From Alphaproteobacteria bacterium (lineage in GTDB: Bacteria; Pseudomonadota; Alphaproteobacteria; JAVJVX01): a DNA stretch of 64,000 nt. The DNA lies in the NCBI GenBank assembly GCA_040220875.1, contig JAVJVX010000006.1, positions 396,174-460,173 of the forward strand, read 5' to 3'. Position 1 is the first letter of the stretch; each line of letters starts with the position of its first letter. The notes beneath the pieces are model-generated. The model was not told the DNA's origin. It searched no databases and saw only the letters and a list, made by a program, of their open reading frames with translations. Below are positions 1 through 8,577 of the stretch, in pieces. The position numbers and the translations under genes were made by a program.

Positions 1-772
1 TGCTCAATTCCTTGACCGCGACCGCGATAGTCGAGAGCGGACTGCCCAGCTCATGCGCCGTGGCCGCAGCCATTGCCCCCAGTTCCGACACGCGATGTTC
101 GCGATCGAGCGCCAGTTGCGTCGCGCCGAGCGCGTTGGACAGGCGCCGCGCGTCCTCGGCCACCCGCCAGCCATAGGCGGCGATCAGGCTGGCACCAAGC
201 ACCAGCGCCACCCAGAGGCCGAGGACATAGACCGTCGGGATGGGCGGCGCGGCACCTTGCCAAGGCAGCGGCTCGTGCCAGACCGCCAGCACCGAGATAC
301 AGGCAACGCAAAGTGCCCACAACAGGATCATGCGAAAGCGCGACAGGATTGTCGCCGCGATCGTCAACGGCCCCATCAGGAGAATTGAAAAGGGGTTTAG
401 CAGGCCGCCCGTCAATTGCAGCAGGGTCGCAAGCTGCAACACATCGAAGGCGAGATACCATGTGGCTTCCCGGTCGCCCAGATGAAGATGGCGTTGCGTG
501 CGCCAGGTCAGCACCAGGTTGAGCGCGGCCGACGCGGCCACCGTCATCATGGCGAGGTCGATGGGCAGATGGAAGCCCATCAGATAATGCACCACGAGGA
601 CGGTGATCGCCTGGCCGGTGACAGCGATCCAGCGGATCAGAACCAGCGTGCGGGCGCGCACCCGCGCCGGGCGGCCCATGTCGATCTGGCTCTTGTCCAG
701 CGCGGTGGCCGCCACCGCGGGCGCACCATTCCCCCCTGTCGCGGAATTGGCCGGATCGGAAAAAGACGCCAT
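1..772 (-). CDS. regB: Redox-sensing sensor histidine kinase, RegB/PrrB/ActS-like. The N-terminal membrane domain and H-box lie in the window; the C-terminus lies beyond the left edge, so the CDS is partial.
   Basis: Minus-strand translation from ATG (cat at 770-772) gives a multi-TM protein with the quinone-binding heptapeptide GGLLNPF (RegB GGXXNPF motif). It then continues into the H-box AAAHELGSPLSTIAV at the window edge. The ORF runs off the edge, so it is absent from the ORF track. Confidence 0.6.
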   Translation of the reverse strand, partial: MASFSDPANSATGGNGAPAVAATALDKSQIDMGRPARVRARTLVLIRWIAVTGQAITVLVVHYLMGFHLPIDLAMMTVAASAALNLVLTWRTQRHLHLGDREATWYLAFDVLQLATLLQLTGGLLNPFSILLMGPLTIAATILSRFRMILLWALCVACISVLAVWHEPLPWQGAAPPIPTVYVLGLWVALVLGASLIAAYGWRVAEDARRLSNALGATQLALDREHRVSELGAMAAATAHELGSPLSTIAVAVKELS

Positions 773-898
773 TGGCACCGGACCCCGAATAATCAGTTGA
801 TCGAACTACCGCGCAGGCCGCCATCAATGATGTTATAACGCGCACGCAGTCACCAGACCAGAAACCGCCTCCTTGCCCGCTAGAAAGTCCTCTCACCC

Positions 899-1666
899 AT
901 GTCCGACGTTCCGTTTGCCGTGATCGATGTCCGAAACCTGGTCAAACATTTTGGCTCAACAGCCGCGGTAGACGGCATCAGCTTCACCGTCTCGGCCGGT
1001 AGCACCACGGCGCTTCTGGGCGGCAATGGCGCGGGCAAGACGACAACCATTTCGATGCTGCTGGGGCTCCTGCTGCCGACCAGCGGCGAAATCCGGATTC
1101 TGGACCAGGACATGCTGCGCCATCGCTTTCGCGTTCTGCCACGGCTCAATTTTTCCTCACCCTATGTCGATCTCCCCCACCGGCTTACGGTGTATGAAAA
1201 CCTGCGCATCTACGCGAACCTCTATGGCGTCCCCGACCCGGACGCGCGGATCGACGGCCTCGCATCCGATCTCGATCTCACCCCGCTTCTGACACGGCCG
1301 ACCGGACGACTTTCTTCGGGACAGAAAACCCGCGTCGCCCTCGCCAAGGCACTCCTGAACGAGCCCGACGTGCTGCTCCTCGATGAACCCACCGCCTCGC
1401 TCGATCCCGACACGGCGGATTTCGTTCGCCGCTATCTCAGCGACTACCAGAACCGGACCGGCGCCACCATCCTGCTCGCATCGCACAACATGACCGAGGT
1501 GGAGCGGCTGTGCGACCGGGTGCTGATGATGAAGAACGGCACGATCGTGGATCGCGGCGCGCCCGACGAGCTGATCCGGCGCTATGGCCGGCGTGATATG
1601 GAGGAGGTGTTCCTGCATATCGCGCGGGACACGCCCGAAGCCGATCGGGCGGAGGCAGGATCATGA
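899..1666 (+). CDS. ABC transporter ATP-binding protein (ABC-2/drug-exporter type)
   Basis: Walker A GGNGAGKTT, ABC signature LSSGQKTRV, Walker B LLLDEPT. The stop overlaps the start of the following permease gene. Confidence 0.9.
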   Translation: MSDVPFAVIDVRNLVKHFGSTAAVDGISFTVSAGSTTALLGGNGAGKTTTISMLLGLLLPTSGEIRILDQDMLRHRFRVLPRLNFSSPYVDLPHRLTVYENLRIYANLYGVPDPDARIDGLASDLDLTPLLTRPTGRLSSGQKTRVALAKALLNEPDVLLLDEPTASLDPDTADFVRRYLSDYQNRTGATILLASHNMTEVERLCDRVLMMKNGTIVDRGAPDELIRRYGRRDMEEVFLHIARDTPEADRAEAGS

Positions 1667-2487
1667 CCGCCGAGTTCGACCGCGGCCCAGGCGGCTCCCC
1701 GCTCCGGCGCATCGGGGCGATGGTGATGCGCTATGTCTATCTGCTGCGTGGCTCATGGCCGCGAATTCTCGAGCTCTGCTACTGGCCCACGGTGCAGATC
1801 ATCCTCTGGGGCTTCATCACCCAGTTCTTCATGACCAACAGTTCCTGGGTCGCGCAGGCAACCGGCATCCTGCTTGCGGCGGTCCTGCTATGGGACATCA
1901 TGTTCCGCAGCCAGCTCGGCCTGTCCCTGTCTTTCATGGAGGAAATGTGGTCGCGCAACCTGGGTCAGCTCATGGTCACGCCCCTCCGCCCGCACGAGCT
2001 CATTCTCTCGCTCATGACCATGAGCCTCATCCGCACCCTGATCGGCATCACGCCGGCCGCGCTGCTGGCCATCCCCCTCTATCAGTTCTCGATTTTCGAA
2101 CTGGGCCTGCCGCTGGTGGCCTTCTTCGTCAATCTCATGGTGATGGGCTGGGCCATCGGGCTCCTGGTCTCGGCCCTGGTGCTGCGCCTGGGGCTGGGCG
2201 CGGAAAGCCTCGCCTGGCTGACAATTTTCGCCGTCGCCCCCGTCAGCGGAATCTATTATCCGATTTCCGTTCTGCCCGGCTGGCTGCAGCCGGTTGCCTG
2301 GGCGCTCCCCTCGGCCCATGTCTTCGAAGGAATGCGCGCGGTGCTGATCGAGGGGGTGTTTCGCACTGATTTGTTCGCGAGTGCCATGGCGCTGAACGTC
2401 GTCTATATCGTCGCCGCGGCCGGATTCTTTCTGTGGATTTTCGAGATTGCGCGCAAGCGCGGCCTGCTTCTGAATATCGGCGAGTAA
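1663..2487 (+). CDS. ABC-2 family transporter permease
   Basis: About six predicted TM helices. Translationally coupled (ATGA overlap) to the upstream ABC ATPase. Confidence 0.85.
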   Translation: MTAEFDRGPGGSPLRRIGAMVMRYVYLLRGSWPRILELCYWPTVQIILWGFITQFFMTNSSWVAQATGILLAAVLLWDIMFRSQLGLSLSFMEEMWSRNLGQLMVTPLRPHELILSLMTMSLIRTLIGITPAALLAIPLYQFSIFELGLPLVAFFVNLMVMGWAIGLLVSALVLRLGLGAESLAWLTIFAVAPVSGIYYPISVLPGWLQPVAWALPSAHVFEGMRAVLIEGVFRTDLFASAMALNVVYIVAAAGFFLWIFEIARKRGLLLNIGE

Positions 2488-2505
2488 CCGCCGGCCGCGC
2501 CGGCA

Positions 2506-3006
2506 TCACCAGTACTTCATGGTGGCCGAGACCGTCGTTTCAGGCCCTTCGAGCGTGATTGCGGCGTCTTCAAAATCCGGCGCCGAGAGAAAGACGACGG
2601 GATCGCGGGAAAACCCGAATCCCTCGCGCGGCAGGCCCAGAAAATTTGTCCGGAACCTGTCGTCTCCGTCAGCGTCATGGAAAAACGCGATGGCATAGCG
2701 CCCGGGCGCCAGCCCGTTCGTCACCACCTGCAGGCTGCCTGGCGTCGCCGGTACGGCGATCTTGCGAATTTCCTCACCCTCGGGAAACTCCCCGGCCCGG
2801 TCGAAGATGGCGATCCGCACGAGACCGTTCGCGTTTCTGATCCCATGCAGATCAAGCACGAGCCGGGCGCCGGTTTCGCGCGCGGCCGGTTCCGGCCTCT
2901 CCGTCTGCCCCCGCACCGCACCGCCCGCAGGCGTCGCCCCGAGAAAGACCGCAAGCAGAACCACGGCCAGCCGGCACCGGCACCTGGGCCATGCCTGGCG
3001 GATCAT
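2506..3006 (-). CDS. Secreted DUF2141-like protein (signal peptide plus beta-rich domain)
   Basis: The C-terminal 166 aa of ORF 2506..3555 starts at MIRQAWPRCRCRLAVVLLAVFLG (signal peptide). Motifs LVRIAIFDRAGEFP and AIAFFHDADGDDRFRTNFLGLPREGFGFS are typical of DUF2141. The ATG overlaps the stop of the upstream aminotransferase (ATGA). Confidence 0.65.
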   Translation of the reverse strand: MIRQAWPRCRCRLAVVLLAVFLGATPAGGAVRGQTERPEPAARETGARLVLDLHGIRNANGLVRIAIFDRAGEFPEGEEIRKIAVPATPGSLQVVTNGLAPGRYAIAFFHDADGDDRFRTNFLGLPREGFGFSRDPVVFLSAPDFEDAAITLEGPETTVSATMKYW

Positions 3007-4199
3007 GACGCAGCCTCCCGTGGCCGGCCATCGCCAACGCCCATATCGCGGAGTACCGCCGCCACCGCCTCGACGGCGCGGGCCATGTCGTCCGGCGTCA
3101 GGTGCCCGATACATCCCATGCGAAAACTTTCGGCCGCGGTAAGCTTGCCCGGATAGATCACAAATCCCCGCGCGGCCAGCGCATCGTAAAATTCGGGGAA
3201 GCTGAAACCGGGCGCGGCCGGCATGCGAAAGGTCACGATGATCGGCGCCTGCAAGGCCGGGGGCAGAAGCGGCACGAAGCCTAGTCTGCCCATGCCTTCC
3301 ACCAGGGTCCGGCAGTTCATGGCATAGCGTCGAAAGCGCCCGGCGACACCGCCCTCCGCCTCGTGCTCGGCAAGCGCTTCGGCCAGCGCGGCCAGGACAT
3401 GCGTGGGCGGCGTGAACCGCCACTGGCCTGTCGCCTCCAGCACCTGATTCTGCTCGTAAAGATCGAACGAGAGCGAGGCCGAATTCCCCGCGCAGCCTGC
3501 CAGCTCCTCGCGCCGGATAACCGCGAAGCCGAGCCCCGGCACGCCTTCGAGGCATTTATTGGATGAGGCGATGACCGCCGCCAGCCCGAGCCGGGCGGCA
3601 TCCAGCGGCAGCGCGCCAAAGCTGCTCATGGCATCGACAATGAGCGCCCGGCCGGCCGCGCGACAGACGCGCGCCACATCGGCGAGCGGATTGAGAATGC
3701 CCGAAGTCGTCTCGCAATGGACCATCACCACATGGGTGATGTCGGCCTCGCGCTCGAGTGTGCGTGCCACGTCCCTCGGTGCGATGGGGACGTCCTCCGC
3801 CCAGGTCAGGGTGACGACGCGCTTCCTCTGGCGCTGGAGGATGGTTTCGATGCGCCGGCCGTACGCGCCGTTGATCAGGACCAGGGTCCTGTTCTCCGGC
3901 GCGATCAGCGTGGCGAGCGTCGCCTCGACGGCAAACGTGCCCGAGCCCTGGACCGGAACGGCAACAAAGGCATCCGTCGCGGCCGGCCGGCCGGGCAGCG
4001 ACGCCCGGCGCGTTTCGAGGCAGGCGATCCGGACGAGCCGGTCGAGAACGTCGCGGGTGAGGCGGATGAAGTCGCCATCGCGCGAGCCCCAATCGCGCAG
4101 CATCGCCCGGCGCGTCGCCGGCGCGGTCGTGAGCGGGCCGGGCGTCAGCAGCAGCCGCGCTTGGCCGGGCGGGATATCTTGTGTCGGGTCGTGAGACAT
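3003..4199 (-). CDS. Class V aminotransferase, 2-aminoethylphosphonate-pyruvate transaminase (PhnW)/serine-glyoxylate aminotransferase-like
   Basis: The N-terminus MSHDPTQDIPPGQARLLLTPGPLTTAPATRRAML matches the PhnW/AGXT-family N-terminal signature (LLTPGPLTTS..K.AML). Length is 399 aa. The start was chosen at the internal ATG (MSHDP) rather than the ORF-track start. Confidence 0.75.
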   Translation of the reverse strand: MSHDPTQDIPPGQARLLLTPGPLTTAPATRRAMLRDWGSRDGDFIRLTRDVLDRLVRIACLETRRASLPGRPAATDAFVAVPVQGSGTFAVEATLATLIAPENRTLVLINGAYGRRIETILQRQRKRVVTLTWAEDVPIAPRDVARTLEREADITHVVMVHCETTSGILNPLADVARVCRAAGRALIVDAMSSFGALPLDAARLGLAAVIASSNKCLEGVPGLGFAVIRREELAGCAGNSASLSFDLYEQNQVLEATGQWRFTPPTHVLAALAEALAEHEAEGGVAGRFRRYAMNCRTLVEGMGRLGFVPLLPPALQAPIIVTFRMPAAPGFSFPEFYDALAARGFVIYPGKLTAAESFRMGCIGHLTPDDMARAVEAVAAVLRDMGVGDGRPREAAS

Positions 4200-4324
4200 G
4201 TTTATTGACCTATCACGGGGTGGCCGACACATCATCATCGCCGGCCGCCCGCGGCGCAAGACCGGGACGAAAGGGCCGGCAAGGAGCGAGGAACTGTCAT
4301 GAGCGGGCCAAACGGGAAGCGGAA

Positions 4325-5011
4325 TTGAGCGTCACCACCGGCCTCTGGCTTGTCCGGCATGCCCCCGTCATCGACCCCGAAGGTCGCGACCCGGCCCGCA
4401 AGGCCTACGGTCATCTGGACGTGTCGGCCGATGTTTCCGATTCGGCCTGGCTCGCGCGCGTGGCCGACTGCCTGCCGCCGGACGCGTTGTGGATCACCAG
4501 CCATCTGAAGCGGACCAAGGAAACGGCGGCGGCTCTCCGCGAAATCATGACCCCGCGCCCGGACAGTCCGGTGGCGGAAGACCCGGATCTGGCGGAACAG
4601 CATTTCGGTCACTGGCAGGGTTTGGGTTATGAGGCCATCGCAACCTGGCAGGACGAGCAGTCCGAGCGGTTCTGGGCCAACCCGGCACGCGAGCCGCCGC
4701 CGGGCGGCGAGAGTTTCGAGTCCCAGTTGCGGCGCACGACGGCCGCAATCGACCGACTGTTGCACCACCACGGCGGACGCGAGATCGTGGTCGTGGTGCA
4801 TGGCGGGACGGTCCGGGCGGCGCTGGGCCGGGCCATGGAGCTCACACCCGAGCAGGCGCTCGCCTTCGAGGTTGATAATCTTTCCATCACCCATCTGCGC
4901 CATATCGAACCCGATCCGGCGGAGGCCAAATTCCTTACGGCGCGCGGCGTCTGGCGCGTGCATGTCACGAATTTATCGCTGCGGTACCCCGATTTTTCCA
5001 CCCGCGGATGA
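4325..5011 (+). CDS. Histidine phosphatase family protein (phosphoglycerate-mutase-like; candidate alpha-ribazole phosphatase CobC)
   Basis: LWLVRHAPV (RHG-type catalytic motif region), a GHWQG stretch, and VVVVHGGTVRAALG near the C-terminus (His-phosphatase signature). The start is uncertain; a TTG at 4325 is the only start-like codon just upstream of the conserved N-terminus. Confidence 0.6.
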   Translation: MSVTTGLWLVRHAPVIDPEGRDPARKAYGHLDVSADVSDSAWLARVADCLPPDALWITSHLKRTKETAAALREIMTPRPDSPVAEDPDLAEQHFGHWQGLGYEAIATWQDEQSERFWANPAREPPPGGESFESQLRRTTAAIDRLLHHHGGREIVVVVHGGTVRAALGRAMELTPEQALAFEVDNLSITHLRHIEPDPAEAKFLTARGVWRVHVTNLSLRYPDFSTRG

Positions 5012-5121
5012 TCCCTCTCGCCGCCCGCCGCCCGCCATCCGCCATCCGCCCATGAACAGCCGCAATTTCCGGTTATGAGAAGCTCAAGCCTTACCGGCAC
5101 CCTCACCGCAGGAGCCCCGTC

Positions 5122-5820
5122 ATGATTCACACCCGTCACGCCTCCGGCAGGCTGATTGGAGCCTCCCTCGTCATCATAATCGTTCTGTGCACCGCCCTTG
5201 CGAGTGGCCGCGCCCGGGCCGAGTCGAGCCAGCCCCAGATTCTCGTGGACCGGGCGACCGTCGCCCTCCAGGACCTGCTGCGTGGTCCCGATCAGCGTGA
5301 ACTGGGACCGATGCTGGACACGGCGGCAGGCGTGCTGATCGTGCCCAACATGCTGAAGGCCGGCTTCTTCTTCGGCGCCGAGGGCGGTAGCGGGGTGCTG
5401 CTGGCGCGCCATCAGACCGGCGAGTGGAGCGCGCCCGCCTTCTACACCGTGGGCAGCGCAAGTTTCGGCCTGCAATTCGGCGCCGAGACCTCCGATGTGG
5501 TTTTTGTCATTCGCAATCAGGGGGCGCTCGAGGCGGTGCTCAGTCACAAGGTGAAGCTGGGCGCCGATGTGAGCGCCGCGCTTGGCCCCATCGGGGTCGG
5601 GCGCGAGGCGGCCGCGACAACCAATGTCGGCGCCGACATCGTGGCCTTCGCCAAGTCCGCTGGCCTGTTTGCCGGGGGCTCCGTCGAGGGCTCCGTGATC
5701 GCGGACCGCAACGACTGGAACCGCATCTATTATGGCGGCGATACGGAACCGGTGGCGATCATCCAGGGCAGGATCTCGAATCCGGGTGCTGACCGGCTGC
5801 GCCAGGCGCTGATGCGCTAG
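5122..5820 (+). CDS. SYLF (Ysc84/DUF500) lipid-binding domain protein, secreted/periplasmic
   Basis: Signal-peptide-like N-terminus followed by the SYLF signature: GFFFGAEGGSGVLLAR, WSAPAFY and GSASFGLQFGAE. Confidence 0.8.
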   Translation: MIHTRHASGRLIGASLVIIIVLCTALASGRARAESSQPQILVDRATVALQDLLRGPDQRELGPMLDTAAGVLIVPNMLKAGFFFGAEGGSGVLLARHQTGEWSAPAFYTVGSASFGLQFGAETSDVVFVIRNQGALEAVLSHKVKLGADVSAALGPIGVGREAAATTNVGADIVAFAKSAGLFAGGSVEGSVIADRNDWNRIYYGGDTEPVAIIQGRISNPGADRLRQALMR

Positions 5821-5833
5821 GCGATCTTGCGCC

Positions 5834-6916
5834 TCAGCTCCCGGTGAACAGCAGGGCCAGGGCGAGCCCCGCCGCCAGAAACAGATTGGCGACGGCATAA
5901 AGATAGGCCGCGCGGGTGATATCCGCGACCGTGGCCATCGCGCGACCTTCGCCGATCCATTCTCCCCCGCGCTGATGCCCGTCGACCCGTTGCGGCCCGG
6001 CCAGCGTCAGCCCCAGCGCGCCCGCCAGGGCGGCGATCACCGGGCCGAGCGACAGTGACGGATGACGGCGCGCGTCGCGCAGAATGACGCGAAACACTTC
6101 GCCCGGGCGGGTCGTCGGCGCGATCAACGTGGCCAGGGCGAACAGACCGGCGGCAAGCCAGGCCGGCAGGTAGTTCACGGCGTCGTCGAGTCCGCGCACG
6201 AGCGAGCCGAAGGCGAGATGACGATGCTGATAACTGGCCATGGTATGCGTCGATTCGCAGATCGCCACATAGGCGAACAGACCCGGCAATCCGAGCAGCA
6301 CGTACCAGAAGACCGGCCCCGCAAGGCGCGACAGGCTGGCCCGCGCGGCGGCCTCGATGGCGCGGCGCGAGATGAGGTGCTCGTCAAGCGTGTCGTCGTC
6401 GGGACCGAGGAACTCCCGGAGCGCGGCCGCGCCCGCGTTCAGCCCTCCCCACCGGAGTGCGCGGGCGATCTTGCGCAGATGGCCGAGCGCGTAACGCGGC
6501 GACAGCATCGCCGTCACCGCCAGCAATTCGATGACAAAGCCGAATGGCAGCTCGGGCGGCAGGTTGAGCGCGAGGAGATGCAGCAGGCTGCCAATCGCCG
6601 CGCCCGCAAGGGCGAGACTGACCACCGCAAGGAAGCCCCGCACCTGGCGGTCGCGGGCGCTGCGCTTGGAGCGGTTCAGCCGGCGCTCGAGCCCCGCCGC
6701 CCAGCCCTGGAAAATCTGCCGCGGTCCCGGCGTCACGGTGCGCAGACCCCGGGGCCCGCCAAACAGGAGATCGAGGCCGAGCGCGGCCAGCACCACGACC
6801 AGCGCATCCGGCACAGCCGCGAGGCTGAGCGCGCCCAGGTCGCCGAGGCCAAGATCGAGCGCGGCGGTCAGCGCCGGGAGAAGCGCGATTTCGGGGACGG
6901 GGGACAGCGGGTTCAT
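5834..6916 (-). CDS. cobD: Adenosylcobinamide-phosphate synthase CobD/CbiB
   Basis: Polytopic membrane protein with CbiB-family conservation across its length. Start moved to the internal ATG (MNPLSPVPEIALLPAL), because the ORF-track start is a TTG further upstream. Confidence 0.8.
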   Translation of the reverse strand: MNPLSPVPEIALLPALTAALDLGLGDLGALSLAAVPDALVVVLAALGLDLLFGGPRGLRTVTPGPRQIFQGWAAGLERRLNRSKRSARDRQVRGFLAVVSLALAGAAIGSLLHLLALNLPPELPFGFVIELLAVTAMLSPRYALGHLRKIARALRWGGLNAGAAALREFLGPDDDTLDEHLISRRAIEAAARASLSRLAGPVFWYVLLGLPGLFAYVAICESTHTMASYQHRHLAFGSLVRGLDDAVNYLPAWLAAGLFALATLIAPTTRPGEVFRVILRDARRHPSLSLGPVIAALAGALGLTLAGPQRVDGHQRGGEWIGEGRAMATVADITRAAYLYAVANLFLAAGLALALLFTGS

Positions 6917-6986
6917 GGCGCGCAGAATGGGAGGCAGGCCCGGGGGCGTCAACGCCGGAAACCGGACGCGCCGGATGCCGGCTCGG

Positions 6987-7046
6987 CCTCGCTGGAAGCC
7001 TCGCTGGGGCCACGCTGGGGGCCGCTCTGGCGGCCCCCTCTGGCGA
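6987..7046. repeat. Degenerate 12-bp tandem array (about 5 copies, core CGCTGG/TCTGG every 12 bp) in the cobD-cobA divergent intergenic region
   Basis: Sequence reads cctcgctggaag cctcgctggggc cacgctgggggc cgctctggcggc cccctctggcga. Confidence 0.6.
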
Positions 7047-7075
7047 GCCCGGGCAAAAACGGCTAAAGAGCCGCC

Positions 7076-7933
7076 ATGGCCCCGTCCTCAGATGTGCCAA
7101 GCGATCGGCCCGTCCCGGTGGAATTTCCGCCGGGTAGCGTGTGGCTCGTGGGCGCGGGGCCGGGCGATCCGGGCCTGCTCACGCTTCTCGCTGTTGAGGG
7201 GCTGCGCCAGGCGGATGTGATCATCTATGACGCATTGGTGGATGAACGGGTCCTCGCGCTGGCCCGTGCCGATGCCGTGCGCGAATTTGCCGGCAAGCGG
7301 GCGGGCGCGCCCCAGCCCAGCCAGGCGGAGATCTCCGAGCGTCTCGTGGCACTCGCGGGCGAGGGATACCGGGTGCTGCGCCTCAAGGGGGGCGACCCGT
7401 TCGTTTTCGGCCGGGGTGGCGACGAGGCCCTGGCCCTGGCGGCGGCGCATGTCCCGTTTCGCGTGGTGCCCGGCATCACGGCCGGGATCGGCGGGCTCGC
7501 CTATGCCGGCATTCCCGTAACCCAGCGCGGCATCAATACCGCCGTAACCTTCGTCACCGGACATATGGCGGGCGGCGACGTGCCGGATCTTGTGGACTGG
7601 GAAGGGCTCGCCCGATCGTCGCCGGTGATCGTGATCTATATGGGACTGAACCGGCTGCAGCGGATCGCCGCGCGGCTCATGGCTGGTGGCCGCGCGCGTG
7701 ACGAGGCGGTGGCGATCGTCAGCCGGGCGACCGGCCCGGGCCAGCGCGTTATTGAGACCACGCTGCAACACGCGGCCGCCGATGCGGAAACGGCTGCACT
7801 CACCCCGCCCGCCATTATCGTCGTGGGTCAGGTGGCGCGGTTGCACCCGCTTCTGGCTTGGGCCAACGAAGTTGCCACCACGCCGCCCGAGACCGGGCCG
7901 GGAGAAGAAATCGATGACGAAAGCCTCGACTGA
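7076..7933 (+). CDS. cobA: Uroporphyrinogen-III C-methyltransferase (SUMT)
   Basis: VWLVGAGPGDPGLLTL (SAM-binding GAGPGD motif), followed by VIIYD and VVRLKGGDPFVFGRGGDE. All are classic CobA/CysG methylase motifs. Confidence 0.85.
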   Translation: MAPSSDVPSDRPVPVEFPPGSVWLVGAGPGDPGLLTLLAVEGLRQADVIIYDALVDERVLALARADAVREFAGKRAGAPQPSQAEISERLVALAGEGYRVLRLKGGDPFVFGRGGDEALALAAAHVPFRVVPGITAGIGGLAYAGIPVTQRGINTAVTFVTGHMAGGDVPDLVDWEGLARSSPVIVIYMGLNRLQRIAARLMAGGRARDEAVAIVSRATGPGQRVIETTLQHAAADAETAALTPPAIIVVGQVARLHPLLAWANEVATTPPETGPGEEIDDESLD

Positions 7934-8564
7934 TGCCCGGACACCGGCGGCCGCGAGCGGCCGCGAGACGGTGGCGCGCTTCACCGAACGAGCCGCGCTG
8001 GTCCGTCTCTTCAGCCTTTTCCGGGCCGCCGGGATCGGCCGCGCGGATTTCGCCCTGCTGACGACCGAGGCGGGGGCCGACCGGCTGCTCACCGATTTCT
8101 ACGAAAAACTCGACCCGGCCTGGCGCGCGAGTCCGGACGGATTCTGCGCGAACTTTCTCGCCCGTCCGGACCCGGCCGAAGCGGCCCCGCCCCTGGCTGC
8201 CCTCATGGGGCTGGGCGTGATCGCGTCCGAAAGCGAGGTCCTCGCCAATGGCGGCGCGCTCGCGGGCTGGATCTATGCCGCCGGCCTGGCGCCGCCCGGG
8301 CGCCAGCCGTCGCCTGCGGGCGAACCCGATTTCCCGCCGGCAGGTTCGACGCGCGCTGGCGTGCCGCGGTGGGACCCCGGGCCGGACAGCCGGAGTCCGG
8401 CGGACTCCCCGGCCGCCTGGATCGCGGCCGGCTTCGCGGCCGAGGATGTTTTCGTGATCGTCGATGAGGCGGTTGCGCCGGCATCGGCGATCTCGGCGCT
8501 CCGCGAGGCGGGTCCCCGCGAGATCGCCCCGGTTATACTTGGCCCGGCCCCGGCCGGCCTTTAG
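7914..8564 (+). CDS. Hypothetical Ala/Pro-rich protein; start overlaps the cobA stop
   Basis: In-frame ATG (MTKAST...) inside ORF 7686..8564. It overlaps the 3' end of cobA by 20 nt. No recognisable family; partly low-complexity. Confidence 0.4.
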   Translation: MTKASTDARTPAAASGRETVARFTERAALVRLFSLFRAAGIGRADFALLTTEAGADRLLTDFYEKLDPAWRASPDGFCANFLARPDPAEAAPPLAALMGLGVIASESEVLANGGALAGWIYAAGLAPPGRQPSPAGEPDFPPAGSTRAGVPRWDPGPDSRSPADSPAAWIAAGFAAEDVFVIVDEAVAPASAISALREAGPREIAPVILGPAPAGL

Positions 8565-8577
8565 TGGAGATGTGCAA

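Noticed and set aside
51-896. 281-aa minus-strand ORF (and overlapping plus-strand ORFs 53..388, 73..522, 416..838) at the left edge
   Set aside because: The translations are Arg/Gly/Pro-rich with no domain signal, typical off-frame artefacts in high-GC DNA. A different minus-strand frame encodes a convincing RegB-like sensor kinase (GGLLNPF, H-box) that runs off the window and is therefore missing from the ORF track.}
6062-7066. 334-aa plus-strand ORF antisense to cobD, and other long Arg-rich ORFs (for example 1584..2369, 19844..20677, 56065..57171, 47018..48703, 57863..58976)
   Set aside because: Their composition (runs of R, G, P, H) and complete overlap with well-supported genes on the other strand or frame mark them as GC-rich shadow ORFs.}
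6953-7075. Possible cobalamin riboswitch upstream of cobA
   Set aside because: No B12-box-like conserved elements or the characteristic multi-stem architecture were recognisable by eye. The region is only about 120-160 nt and is dominated by a 12-bp tandem repeat. An Rfam scan would be needed for certainty.}
7686-8564. Long form of the 292-aa ORF starting inside cobA
   Set aside because: The 5' 228 nt overlap the cobA coding region in another frame and encode low-complexity sequence. Only the part from the internal ATG at 7914 was retained as a hypothetical gene.}
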